Of a stretch of 64,000 bases of DNA, positions 11,901 through 24,598 are shown piece after piece. Position 1 is the first letter of the stretch, and each line of letters starts with the position of its first letter. The translations under genes were made by a program, and so were the position numbers. The DNA lies in the NCBI RefSeq assembly GCF_018350175.1, contig NC_058382.1, positions 48,920,001 through 48,984,000 on the forward strand. The letters run 5' to 3'. Origin of the DNA: Felis catus (lineage: Eukaryota). The notes under the pieces were generated by a model. The model made no database searches and was not told where the DNA came from. It saw nothing but the letters and a program-made list of their open reading frames with translations.

Positions 11901-13480
11901 ACAGTCTCTTATGCCCTTAGAGTAATTCTCCCTGGTGGCCTGAACCTGTCCGCTCCCTAGTCTACCTCATGGTGTTAGTCATCTCAGAGGGACATGCGCT
12001 TGGTCGCAGCCTGTGACTCCCGTGGTTCGTCATAAGCCTGCCATGACCGGTCCTCCCCTGCTTTCAGGAAGGGGCCGTGGGACCTGGTGTCTCCAGTCTG
12101 TGGCCTGTGCAGACGTGGGGCACGCCGTCCCTCACTGCGGCTTTGGGTTTGTTTTCTCTCTCCTCCTCCTCCTCCTCCTCCTCCTCCTCCTCCTCCTCCT
12201 CCTCCTCCTCCTCCTCCTCCTTCTCTTCTCCTTCTCTTCTCCTTCTCTTCTCCTTCTCTTCTCCCTCCCTTTCTTTCCAGGACCTCATTCTTTGTCACCG
12301 CCTCTCCTTCCTCCCCCACCTCTTTCCCTCTTCCTGGCCCTTCTCGCCAGCCCTGAAACAGTCTCCGTGGCTCCCACCTTTATAGACAAATAGCCTTGCT
12401 CCACCCCCATTCTCTCCTCCTGTCTGGGGTTTCTGCTCCCTTCCGGGCAGCACGTGAGGAAGCTGTGCACACTCCCTCATCTCCTTGCTCTTGAGCTTGC
12501 TCTAGGCCGTACTTCGTCCCTGGCACTCCCCTGGGAATGTCCTCTTTGAGGACACCAAGGACCTCTGTGTCGTCAAGTCCCAGCAGGCACCTGGCCGTCT
12601 TGCTCCATCCCTGGCCACCCTCTGTAGCGAACCATCTCCTCTCTCGGCTTCTGTGACACCTCTGCCCGGTTCCCTTTCCGCCGCTCAGCCGTTTGGACGC
12701 TCTGTGAGTCTGCCCCGGCACGCAGTCCCCCGTCCAGTACTTTCTTTCTCTTGCCAAGCTGTGCCTGCTGGGGAGCCTCAGAGTTGTTCCTCAGACTGCC
12801 GGGTCTCCGGATACCCCACGTCTTCCCCAGGCTTCAGGCCTGGTTATGTAGCTGCTTGGCACTTCCACGTGGATGCCTGCTAGGTGTCTCGCCCTGGACA
12901 CCTCGGTATGCGCGCACGCGCCCTCACCGCCTCCCTCTCCCTCTCCTTCCTGCCTCCCTCTCCCTCCCGCCTCCCTCCGCATCCCTAGTCCTTCACACCT
13001 TAGGAAGTGGCACCCGTCGTCGCTTAACCTGGAAACTTTGCCATCGTCCGTCTTTCTCCCGCTCCCCATCTTAACATCCGGTTTGTTGGCAAGTTAAGTA
13101 CTGTCATTTCACCATCCACGACAATCCAGTCATGGCTCTGACTCCACCGCCACCATCCTTGTGTGAGCCACCGTGCCCTCCCTCTTGGACTCCTGCGGTA
13201 GCTTCCTAGCCCTGCCTTTCCTCCAGTCCACTCCCCACTGTGGAGCCAGGCCGATCTTAGGAAAAGCGTATCAGATCATTTCATTCCCTGCTTTAGTATT
13301 TTCCTTTGCACTTGGAGTAAAATCCCAGCTCCTCGTGAGGCATCCAAGCGCTTGTGTCACTGCTTTCTGCCTGCCTCTCCAGCCTCGTCTCTGGCCGACT
13401 GTGCCTTGCCGTCGAGCTGTGGGCACGCTGGCCTCCCTTCTGTGCTCGGACTCCTTCAGGTGTGCCTCCCCTCAGGGCCT
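8950..13480. mobile_element. Ancient MIR/L2-like fragments in the first intron(s) (mirrored in the right arm)
   Basis: MIR-like GATGAGGAGCCTGGAGCACAGAGATGGAATGACTTGCTCAAAGCC; L2-like purine-rich and pyrimidine-rich tracts. Boundaries not resolved. Confidence 0.55.
12160..12265. repeat. (TCC)~20 plus (TTCTCTTCTCC)n polypyrimidine repeat
   Basis: Read directly. The right arm (49885-49970) has only the 11-mer array. Confidence 0.97.
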
Positions 13481-13679
13481 TTGCATGTGCTTGTGCCTCT
13501 GTCTGGATGAGGCATGATGATTATCATTCTCTGTTGCCTCCTTTTCTTTTGTCACTAACCCGGCGCACTGAGTACAGTGGAATGAAATCTGTTTGCTTTC
13601 TCTGTCTAGTTTGAATTGGGGAGAATCTCCTCTTTGGCCGAGTGGGAGCACATCTCCGAGCTGCTGACTGGCAGACGTG

Positions 13680-13903
13680 ATGTTTTCCCGGTTGCTGTCG
13701 GTGGCCCGGAGACAAAGGACCGGCCGAGGATGGCAGAACTGGTCGTCGGGGAGAAGCGGTGCGCCAGCTGCCGAGGCGCATTCTGTCGCCCTGCCTGCCC
13801 AGGCACACGTGGTCATCTGTGGCGGTGGAATCATGGGCACATCCGTGGCCTATCACCTCTCCAAGATGGGCTGGAAGGATATTGTCCTTTTGGAGCAGGG
13901 CAG
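13680..13903 (+). CDS. PDPR: PDPR coding exon 1 (mitochondrial transit peptide and FAD-binding GxGxxG motif)
   Basis: MFSRLLSVARRQR...VVICGGGIMGTSVAYHLSKMGWKDIVLLEQG. ATG at 13680, preceded by in-frame GTG. Donor CAG|GTAAGG. 224 nt. Confidence 0.95.
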
Positions 13904-15059
13904 GTAAGGACCAGACGGGACCCAGCTTGGGGCCATGTTGCACCAACTGCGTGGGCTTCCCTCACCCCCTCTGCTCCCGGTAACCTGTCCCGGCAGTGGC
14001 TAACCTGTCGCTAGGTAGCATGAGAACAGTCACGGAAAGGCGAAATCTCCTGTCCATGGTTTTGCGATGTGCGATACCCGTGTTTTTGGGCTCTGAGAGA
14101 GGTGGCAGATGCCGCGGAGCCGAGTATCCGAAGAGGCTGCGTTTTATTTCAGGGTCCAGGCACATCTTACCATCTTGTTCTCCGGGTAGGGGCCGTCAAA
14201 TGGCAACATAGACCCCGTGGCTCTGGAGCTCCCTCTATGGGCGGAAATGAAATTGGCTGCATCTGTCTTCTTTCTGTTCCTTTCTTTCCCCCCACTGAAT
14301 TAACTTATTTTAGAGCCGTGCTAGATTTACAGAACAAATGCAAAGGTTGTACCGAGTTCCCGTGTGCCTCACGCCTGTGTGCACCTGGGACTGACATCTC
14401 AGGTTGGGGTTACCGTTAAATATGATGAATCAGTATGGATACCTTATTACTGACTAAGGTTCGTACTTGGTACAAGTTGTCTCACTTTCCCTTAAAGTCC
14501 TTTTTTGTTCTATTGCCTACCAGAAATTGAATGACGTTTAACAAGTCTGTTGTAATTCTCTCCGAATAGGCAATGCATTTATACGATTCAGAATTAAAAA
14601 CTGTAAAAGAGTGTGCAGGGAAAGTCTGCTTCTCATCCCTGACTTCTAGCTGAAGTTTCCCTCGCTGGAGGCAAATTAAGTTCCTAGTGTGTCGTTGCAG
14701 ACACCCCCCGTGTATATGAGCAAACGTGTTGGTCAGTGTGTACGTGTGTACGTGGGTCTTCACTTGCTATTTTTTTCTCTTTTTTTGTACAAGTTAGTGG
14801 CATATTAAGTAGTGCTCCTCCCATGCTGTTTTCATTCGGATTCCCATATTGTTGCAGAAGAGCATTCTCGTGCCTTTTTTATGGCTGCGCGGCGTCCCGT
14901 CGTGTAGGTGAACGCCAACATTTGAGATCCCTCTCCTGTCGGGATATTTAGGTTTCCGTCTTTTGATATTACGGTCGGTGCCAGTAATGAGGGTCTTTGA
15001 ACTAGTTGCATTCACAGATATGCGAGTCTACCTAAGAGCATTTTGGATCCATCCCGCAG

Positions 15060-15193
15060 GCTGGCCGCTGGCTCTACGAGGTTCTGTGCCGGCATCCTGA
15101 GCACCGCCAGGCACTTGACCATCGAGCAGAAGATGGCAGACTATTCCAACAAACTCTACCAGCAGTTAGAGCAAGAAACAGGGATCCAAACAG
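15060..15193 (+). CDS. PDPR: PDPR coding exon 2
   Basis: LAAGSTRFCAGILSTARHLTIEQKMADYSNKLYQQLEQETGIQT; AG/GT flanks; 134 nt. Confidence 0.97.
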
Positions 15194-17341
15194 GTAAGCA
15201 GGTACTCTGCCATTTACTGGTCTGCCTGTGGCCCGGACTCTTTCACTCGGTACCACATGCGGTCCGACACCAAGCCTGCCTGGGGACTTTAGTTGAGGCT
15301 TGAGTTTCAGTCCGAGCTCTGCACTCGTCCTGGTCTTACCTCGGGCCAGTGTGTGAGCGTGTTGAGCTGTCTCCCGTTTCCTTATCTGTCGAGGGGATTC
15401 GGTCATTATCTCGGATCCTATCCAGATGCCAGAATTCCTATGATGTGAAGGTTTTCCCGTGCCATTTCCTATTTCACCCTCTGAAGTATATATTAGGTGG
15501 CCACATCTGGCTCCTGAAGGAGGAAGAGAAGGAAGTGCTTAAGTTTTGGTGCTTGACAGTGAAATCATAGTCTGAGCCACTGAATTTCACCAGTCGCGCT
15601 TAAGGATATTTGTGACTGTAAAGCTTAAGCGTACGTTACCCCTTGTGTGCGTCACCAAGGGAAAAGAACCCGGGGAATCGTGAGCCGAATACGACCGGAG
15701 CAAGTAGGACGGGGAGACCAGGCTATGGGGCGGTCCCATATGAAAACAAGTAGGAAGCAGGTCTGTCAGCTTGTCGCGAGGTGATGGACTAGCCAGAAGC
15801 CCAGGGTTGAGCCTGTGTCGTAGCTGGTGAAACTGTTTGGTGGCGGCGGGAATTGTCCTAAGCGAGTAGCTGGGCCTAGTCGCTCGTGTAGCTCAGGGCT
15901 GCTCTTCAGAACACCTGCGTGATTCAAATCACAGGGAAGTCAAGACCCCTCCTGACCAGGACGGTAGCGCGATCTGTGTGCCAGCTGAGGTGGCTCTGCC
16001 ATGTGGTCACGGGGTACGCACGGCCTGGGGCTCACTTTGCCGGCCAACTGGAAATTAGGTGGCGTATGACACAGTTTTCACTGGGGAAGGTGAGATCATA
16101 ATCATCAGAGATTCTGACGACAGACTACGGTTTTCTAGCTTTCCCTTTCATATAACTCGCACTCTGGTGAAGTGTGACCTTGTTTGTCAATTGTGGGTTA
16201 AGATGAGCGTCCTGTAACAGGATTGGGTTGATGTGGCAGTGGAGAAGGGGAGATGCCAGGAGAGGAGCTACAGGCAGGCAGGAAGAGGCTGTACGTGCTT
16301 GGGCACGTGAGCAGGGTTCCCCGGCCGGCCCTGCGCTGGCCCAGTGCTGAGAGCGGGCGCCTCAGCCACCTCGCCCTGGTCCCTGCCCGGTAGATGAGCC
16401 CGACTCCCGTGGTGTCCTCGCTCTCAGCCAGGCTTGCTTTTGAGAGGCGAGGACCCGCGAGTGAAGATGGTAAATGTGCTTGGTGCCTGCCGCTGCACCG
16501 TCTCTGGCTTCTGTTAGGGAAGATGCGGGATACGTGCAGGACAGGCGGGAAGAGTCCCTCTGGGTTGGATTCAACTTGATGGCAGCCGGTACTTGAATCG
16601 GGTATCTACCAGGGATTGAGTCAGCAGAGGGTCCGTGTAATGGGCCCAGCGCCAGAACTGCTGACTTCCGGTCCACCGGTTCAGTTCCTCGTGCTTTGCC
16701 GGGCCTTGTGGTGCTCAGCTGGTTGGGTGCTAGAGGAATCAGGTCCTAGGCCTCTTTTCCGTAAGGTAAAACAATTTCAGTTGAGTTTTGGGTCCCCTCA
16801 AAACCCTTATTAGGTCCTGTATCCCCTTGATGCTTGTGGGACAGCACGGAAGTCAGGCAAGGGAGAGTCCGGGGATCAGTCAATCCGTCACCCCCAGTGC
16901 AGTTTAGCGGTGGTGCAGTAAAAGGTGACTTGGGGTACCCCGATGGAAAATTCTGTTACCCGGCAGAATGCGCAGGTGTGTGCTACTTGGATCGCTGCCA
17001 GTCGCTGGGCTGGTTTTAAGACATTAAATGAAGACGAGTGACCTGTGTACAACCTGGACTTCACGATTAGGATACTACATGCTAATCTTCTGAAAATAGT
17101 TCATTTACGTGAGGGGTATGTTCCCTACTTAAATATTCTGACACATCAGTACTTCATGCAGTGCCTGTTCCAGACCATGTAGCCCACGCGGATCTTTTTT
17201 CTTCAAATTTTGCCTTACCTTTGTCGGTGCTGTTTATTTAACAGTTTATCATATGCTCTTTGTCCCATCTTTTTATTGGGGATTATTTCTCCACTCTGTG
17301 TTACTTTCTTGTTCCTCAAATACAGAAATATTTTTAAATAT

Positions 17342-20300
17342 ATTTTTAAACATTTATTAATTTTTGAGAGACAGAGTACAAGCGGGGGGGGGGGGGGGCT
17401 GCAGAGAGAGAGAGAGACACAGAATCCAAAGCGGCTCCGGGCTCTAAGCTGTCAGCACAGAGCCCGACGCGGGTTTTGAACTCACGAACCGTGAGATCAT
17501 GACCTGAGCCAAAGTCAGAGCTTGACTGATTGAGCCACCCCGGCGCCCCCAGAAACATTCTTAATAATAGTTAAATGAGGGGCGCCTGGGTGGCTCAGTC
17601 AGTTAAGCGTCTGACTTCGGCTCAGGTCATGATCTCGCGGTCCGTGAGTTCGAACCCCGCGTCGGGCTCTGTGCTGACTGCTCAGAGCCTGGAGCCTATT
17701 TCAGATTCTGTGTCTCTTTCTCTCTCTGATCCTCCCCCGTTCATGCTCTGTCTCTCTCTGTCTCAAAAATTAAAAAAATAAAAACGTTAAAAAAAGTAAT
17801 AGTTAAATGAACCTGTTTTATTGAGTGCTCTTCAAATCAGCTCATATAAATAACTTGTCGTCTTTGTTTATACCTGCAGAGGAATGTGCCATAGTATGTG
17901 TTGGTTTGTTTATCCATTTTCCCATTACCTGACGTTTATCGTTTCATCTTCTTTTTTTACTCTTTTTTTTAATGTTTATTTTGAGATAGAAATAGAGCAT
18001 GAGTGGGGAAGAAGCAGAAAGGAGGGGGGACACAGAATCCAAAGCAGACTCCAGGCTCTGAGCTGTCAGCCCAGAGCCCAATCCAGGGCTCGAACCCACG
18101 AACTGCAAGATCATGACCTGAGCCGAAGTGAGACACTTACCGACTGAGACACCCAGGCACCCCATAGTTTCCTCTTTTTTTTTTTTTTTTTGGTTCTAAA
18201 TAATGATGCAGTAAAGATCCTTGTCGGTATATCTTTGTTTTCTCTTGTTATTTCTAATGGATAGATTTCTAAAAGGTGGATAATTTGAGCAAAGAGTGTG
18301 TGTATTTTAAACTCTGCTAGGTATTGCCAGATCATCCTCTGAAAGGGCCACCCTCTCACCATAAGTGTTTGAGAGCAGTTATATCTTTTTAGTCTTTCAA
18401 CGCTGGGTATTATTTTTTATATTATTTTTTTCTCAAGTAATCTCTGTGCCTAACATGGGGCTCCAACTCATGACCCCGAGATCAAGAGTTGCCGGCTCTA
18501 CCCGCTGAGCCAGCTAGGCGCCCAACATTGGGTATTATTCTTTTTGCTAATCTGAGAGATGGAAGAAGTTATCAGATCCTAATTTGCATCTCTTTCTTTT
18601 AAACATTATTTTGTGGGTTTATTGGCTATTTATATTTCTTTTCTAACTCGTCTTTTAATATTAGATGTGTACTTTGTTCTTATTGAATGTAAGAGTTCTA
18701 TTTTATGGCTTCACACCTGTGACAGGAAATTTTGTGTCAGAAAGCTCTAGACCAAACTTTAAAAGTCCTCTGTGGGAAAACAACAGACCATTAATCTTGT
18801 TAACAGGTGATATGTTGTTATCATTGGTGGTTCTGTTGGGATGAGCACAATTTGACATCATGTGTGAAATGCGCTGTGTTATGTAGTTTTGTATACAGTG
18901 ACACTCTCCTCCCATGTGGGATCTTTGGTAGTAAGTAGGAAGTGACTGCTGAACCCTTTGCAGTGAGATTCAGAGTGTGATGAGCCAGTGAATTACTGGC
19001 CAGGATCACTGCACTGGTCTGGTGTAGCTACAGTTTTTATTTTTTATTAAAAAAAATTTTTTTTAATGTTTATTTTTGAAAGACAAAGTATGAGCAGGGC
19101 GGGGAGGGGGGGTAGGAGAGGGGGACAGAGGATCCGAAGCAGGCTCTGCTCATGACCTGAGCCAAAGTCGGATGCTTAACTGATGGAGCCACTGAGGCTC
19201 CCCTAGCTATAGTTTTTAAAAGCCATTCTCTGAAATTTCAGTTCTCCAAACTTAGATGGACATTCTTGTCATGTCAGGGAAGGACATATTTATCTGATGG
19301 TTTCAAAAGAGATGAGGAAAATATTTAAATGATCCTCTGGTAGTGCCTTTTTAAAAGATAGCTGAGGCATGCCTGGGTGGCTCAGTCAGTTAAGCATCCA
19401 ACTTGGGCTCAGGTAATGATCTCACAGTTTGTGAGATCTCACAGTGGGTTCGAGCCCTACATTGGGCTCTGTGCTGACAGCTCAGAGCCTACAGCCTACT
19501 TGGATTCTGTGTCTCTGTCTCTTTCTGCCCCTCCCCTGCTCATGCTGTCTGTCTCTTTCTGTCAACAATAAATAAACATTTAAAAAATTAAAAAAAAAAA
19601 ACACCAAAATGGTAGCTGATTCAGTTTTTTCATCGTTAGAACTGAGAGTCATTGCACATTAGGGGGGTCGTCACTGACCAAAGCATGATCACAGGTGTGT
19701 CATATATGTTGACTGCAAAGAGCAGGAATCAACTCTGGCCAGCGTGGGCAAAAGGAGTTTGTTGGAAGGCCCTCGGAGCCAGTGAGTTGGCAGGAGGCTG
19801 CCGGCTGGAGCAGGCAACGTGGAGGCCAAGCCGTGGGGAACCCACAACAGGTAGCCCCTCAACTGAAACGGCCGGTCTGGCCAGGACGCTGCTGCTTCCG
19901 AGATGACTGGCCTCCAGCCATTCACCCACTTGCTCCAGACCCAGTATCCCAGGGGGTCTGATTGGCTGAACTTTGGCCACATGCCCATTGGCTATGCTAG
20001 GGAAGGAAAGGGTGGGTGTAGCTCCTGGGTGCCCATGTTGTGAGTGGCCTGCATTTGGGGCCATACTCCCACCTAAACCATGAGGAGAAAACCTAAAAAG
20101 ACCAAAGAAAGAGGTGGGTTCTGGGGGTACATTCCCCTCCCAAAGGCTTTGTAGCAACAGTTATCTCTCATTTTGACTTTAAGAGTGATTATTTAAAGGG
20201 GCACCTGCGTGGCTCAGTCAGTTAAGCATCCAACGTTGGCTTAGGTCATGATCTCACGGTTTATGAGTTCGAGCACCACCTCTGGCTCTGTGCTGACAGC

Positions 20301-20405
20301 TCAGAGCCTGGAGCCTGCTTCAGATTCTGTCTCCCTCTTTCTTTGTCCCTCCCCCACTCATGCTCTGTCTCTCTCTCTCAAAAATAAACAAACATTTAAA
20401 AAAAT
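17342..20405. mobile_element. Cluster of seven SINEC elements: 17342-17550(-), 17579-17796(+), 17963-18162(-), 18421-18523(-), 19036-19204(-), 19366-19600(+), 20198-20405(+); old L1 and MLT-like fragments in between
   Basis: SINEC consensus heads and tails. TSD TAATAGTTAAATGA flanks 17579-17796 (young feline type). Confidence 0.92.
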
Positions 20406-20589
20406 AGAGTGATTATTTAAGATGTACATTAAAATCCTACTCACTCCTCCCCAAACCCCAGCTGACTATGTTTGGATGGGGCTATGCCAGGGCCGCTCAC
20501 GGGTCTTCTAACCTGTTACCTAGTGGGCTCGCCCACCCGATCCCTGTAGCTGGCCTGGTCTGCTCAGTTTGGGCTGGTTTTCCTTCCAG

Positions 20590-20671
20590 GTTACATAAGG
20601 ACAGGCTCCATCTTTCTGGCCCAAACTCAGGACCGGCTCATCTCCCTGAAGCGTATCAACTCCAGGCTGAA
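20590..20671 (+). CDS. PDPR: PDPR coding exon 3
   Basis: GYIRTGSIFLAQTQDRLISLKRINSRL; TTCCAG| acceptor and |GTATGT donor; 82 nt. Confidence 0.96.
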
Positions 20672-20767
20672 GTATGTATGAGACTAGAAGCCTGTCCTGA
20701 CACTCCTGTCAGACTGACCTCTGCCAGAGGGCCATGCATGTCATTGTCCCCTTGTGTTCTGTGGCAG

Positions 20768-20931
20768 TGTCATAGGCATCCCTTCTGAGATCATCTCCCC
20801 CAAGAAAGTGGCCGAACTTCACCCTCTCCTAAACGTGCACGACCTGGTGGGGGCCATGCATGTTCCCGAGGATGCGGTGGTGTCCTCTGCTGATGTGGCT
20901 CTTGCCCTGGCAAGTGCTGCCTCCCAAAATG
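20768..20931 (+). CDS. PDPR: PDPR coding exon 4
   Basis: VIGIPSEIISPKKVAELHPLLNVHDLVGAMHVPEDAVVSSADVALALASAASQN; 164 nt; follows a 96-nt intron. Confidence 0.97.
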
Positions 20932-21163
20932 GTAAGCATGTTTCTGGGTGAGGAGGAAAGAGGTCATGTAAGAAGGTGTCTCCCAATCGGCAGTGACCCC
21001 AACTCGGCTTCCATATTTGAACACTGGCTCTTAGAATGTTTGTTTGAATATCCTCTCTTAAGTTAATAAGTGTTTTTCCTCACGGCCACATTTTTCTTAT
21101 TAAAGTTCTAAGGAACTGCTTTTTAATAATGACCATAAGTTCAAACTTAGGGGAATTCCCCCC

Positions 21164-21197
<34 letters not shown>

Positions 21198-21634
21198 ACA
21201 GAACGTGAGAAGCTCCGAGGGCAGAAGACCTGGTGGGGACTGAGTCCGAAAGCTGGTCGTGTCCTGGGTTTGGAATGAATGAGGGGAAGACTAAGTAGTG
21301 TCCATGGTGTTCTGCACTTTGGATGAACTGATTCATGGTGTGGGTGGATTTGGATTTAAGACGCCCTATTTAACCTTCTTCTCCCCTCCCCCTTTTATGG
21401 TTCCTAGAATTGAATTGTGTACTAAACTGACCTGCTGTTTTCAGTCACGGAAGAGGCCCATGGACACTGCCCCAGGATGTGGTTCCTGGAAGTTCTTGTG
21501 TTTTTAAATTAAAGCATTGACCTGGCTTTTTCATCATTTCTCACGGGTTTAGAATCTGCTGCAGAATCTGCTGCTGCCTTAATTCTGGGCCATCCGAAGA
21601 TGGATGCACTGCCTCTTTCTTTACCTTGGAACAG

Positions 21635-21756
21635 GTGTGCAGATCTATGACCGTACAAGCGTGCTTCATGTAATGGTCAAAAAAGGCCAAGTAACCGGCG
21701 TGGAGACCGATAAAGGACAGATTGAGTGCCAGTATTTTGTCAACTGTGCTGGTCAG
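21635..21756 (+). CDS. PDPR: PDPR coding exon 5
   Basis: VQIYDRTSVLHVMVKKGQVTGVETDKGQIECQYFVNCAGQ; 122 nt; canonical splice sites. Confidence 0.96.
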
Positions 21757-22525
21757 GTAGGTTAGCAACAACACTGGGTCACTGATCTAACGTAACAACA
21801 GTCACTGCTGTGACTAGGAATAGGGACCACCTATTCCTTGTTTGGACTAGAAACCTCAGAATTCTTGTGCGCTCCATCAGAAGCCTGTAGCTAGTCCTCA
21901 AGGAAAAGCACCGTCGTGACCTTTTCCTTCCTCCACCCTGGGTTAATGCGTGCTCTCCTGGCCAGGAAGGCCACAAAAACGGTTGGGCATTGACACATCC
22001 TCGTTGTTGGGTCTTCCTGTGGTATTTCATTTTATTCTACAACCTAGCACATAAGTATTAGGCTATCTTTTGTGTCAGGAGCCTGGATTCAGTTCAGAGC
22101 ACTAAGCTGCTTCTACTTTTAAGGCATATTGGTGCCTTGCCTTCCACTCGACAATCTTCAGGTGACCTACGGGTACTTTTTGCCTCATGAAGATCACATA
22201 TGATGGTATTCGGGGTTTGTTGTCGAGGTCAGGCATTTTGTTCGAAGGGCCTCGCTTGCCCCCCACGAGCTCCTAAGTCTGTCGTTCTTTGGTATAAGAA
22301 TAATGGTTATGGTTAAAAAAAAAGAAGAATGGTTATGGTTTAACAAGCCTGGTGTTGCTCCCCCCCATGAACTGAGCTAAATAAAGCAGGCTGCAGTGTG
22401 GCTTCCCGCCCCAGACGTTGGGACAAGAGCACACATAGGCCACTTGAATTAAAATGAGCGGCTGAACTTGCTCATTTGTCTTTCTGTTCCTCTTCCCACC
22501 CACAAATCAATCCGTCCGTTTGTAG

Positions 22526-22643
22526 TGGGCATACGAGCTGGGTCTGTCCAACGAGGAGCCGGTTAGTATCCCGTTACATGCCTGCGAACACTTCTACCTT
22601 CTGACTCGCCCCTTGGAGACCCCTCTGCAGAGCAACACACCAA
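22526..22643 (+). CDS. PDPR: PDPR coding exon 6
   Basis: WAYELGLSNEEPVSIPLHACEHFYLLTRPLETPLQSNTP; 118 nt. Confidence 0.96.
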
Positions 22644-23374
22644 GTGAGGACTTACGCTTTGTCTTTAATCTCATTTCCTTGCCACTGTTCTGTCCTCTGA
22701 AAAGGAACACTTAGTGCTAAGGACAGACTCTGCTTGAGAGAGCCTTGTCTTTTCTGAAGCATGTTACAGGGAGGCGGACCCAATCCTAACTTTCCCGTAA
22801 GAACTCCTTACGAAAGGATGGATAAAATGGGCATTCCGCTGAAGCCGTGTTTTGGTTTGTTAGTTTTGTAAGCTAATTGCATTCCCAAACAGAGGTCCAA
22901 ATTGAGAATATTTGGAATATAACCTGGAGTTTTTGACTTGAATGGCATACGTTGTAGAGAGCTTATAGGTAAGCTACAGAGTCAGGTTGCTCAGGGACCC
23001 CAAGCACCACAGGAGAGGGCTTGACATCACGTGGCAGGTCTCAACCCCTAGAATGAGCTCGCCGTACCCCCTTTCTGCTAGGCTTTCACGGTCACTACAG
23101 CAGTTCCATAGTCTGGTTGTGAGGACTAGACAGAGCTTCTAGGGAACTAAGCAGGTCAGGGATAGAGAAATAGTCTCCACTGTAATCTGAGAGGGAGGAT
23201 CCTCCCCCGTCACCTTGAAAACTCTGTGTTCACTGGATGCTCTTCACTAACAGAGCCAGTAGGTGTTTTTGTTCTGCTTGTTTCTGTCCCTTTAGAAAGC
23301 TGGCTTGCTTCTAAACCTTGCTTTTCTCTTCTACCCACCCCACCCCCGACTCCCTTGTCATTTCTCTTCCTCAG

Positions 23375-23524
23375 CTGTTGTGGATGCTGATGGAAGAATT
23401 TATATCCGGAACTGGCAGGGTGGCATCTTGTCTGGGGGCTTTGAGAAGAACCCGAAGCCAATATTTACTGAGGGCAAGAACCAGCTGGAAATTCAGAATC
23501 TGCAGGAAGACTGGGATCACTTTG
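23375..23524 (+). CDS. PDPR: PDPR coding exon 7
   Basis: VVDADGRIYIRNWQGGILSGGFEKNPKPIFTEGKNQLEIQNLQEDWDHF; 150 nt. Confidence 0.97.
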
Positions 23525-24598
23525 GTGTGTGAGCTACAGGATAACTATAATGCCCTGTGTTTGTGTAAGATGCTATCTTTTTGAAAGCATTTTCAAGAAG
23601 AGATTCTTCTTTGATCTTTGTAACAGCCCCATGAGGTGCTTTCAGAAGGCAGTCCACAGGGTCTGCCTGGTCTAAGGCTGCGGTCACTGGGTACTGGATT
23701 CGGGGGATGAAAATCTTGGTTAGGGGACCCCAGGCTTATTACTTAACTAAAATCATTGCTGAAATTCTAGGCTAGGAGGAAGCCTTTTGTGTAGGACTGC
23801 ATGTAAGACTGAAGACGTTTTTAGAAAGCAGAATTGTTTTGTTAATACAGTCTTTTACTCGGTTTTTGTTTTTATTGAAGAACTGACCTACAGTACTGTA
23901 TTAGTTTCACGTGTGCCTCACAGTGATTCGCTATTTATGTTCTACTCAGTTTTGTAATAATTTTATTTACGGGATAGTTAATAAAGGCCCATGTTTCCAA
24001 ATTCAAAAGGTAAGAAACTGTCTGTAATGAAGAGTTTGCCTCCCAACCCTTGATGGACCTTTTAAAAAATAAACTTTTTATTCTGAGGCATTTTAGACTG
24101 TCAGAAGTGGAGAGAATAGTATACAGAACCTTCTGTGTACCCACCAGCCAGCTTTAGTCTGGCTTCATTTCTTACCACTGTCCCATATGATGGACTTCTT
24201 TTCAAACAGGCCAAGGTCCTGACTTCTGCAGCTTTTCCAACCGTGGAAATCCTTGCCTTTATCCTGTGTCTCCTCGAGTGTCACTGAAGAGCTTTCCACA
24301 AACAGCAGTCCCTTGGAGATCTTATCTGTAGTCACATGTATTGTGTGCCCTTCCATAGCTCCTGGCCTCTGCAAAGAAGCGTCCTTTTTCTTAGTCTTTA
24401 TGCCACGCGCTTTGTAGGTGTGTCCGTTAATTACACCGGGGTTTCTACTTTCTGATCTAGGGCCCATTTGGCTCTTCTGAGAAAACCCCTTTCAAGTGAT
24501 TTTCTGAAAGGAGAGGGAGTAGGAAAGTATAAGGAGTTGGAAGTCTTTGAATTCCCTAAAGCTGAGGACTCTATGTGGGTTTGTTTTTTATGGCTCAG

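Larger units (their letters stand above)
1..16709 (+). repeat. Left arm of large inverted segmental duplication (probably continues left of the window)
   Basis: Reverse complement of 45441-62142. The ORF track is mirrored (e.g. 199..480 vs 61663..61944; 13677..13907 vs 48243..48473). Confidence 0.99.

Noticed and set aside
17579..17796. tRNA-like A/B boxes and recurring short ORFs such as GAWVAQSVK
   Set aside because: These are tRNA-derived SINEC heads, not tRNA genes or proteins.
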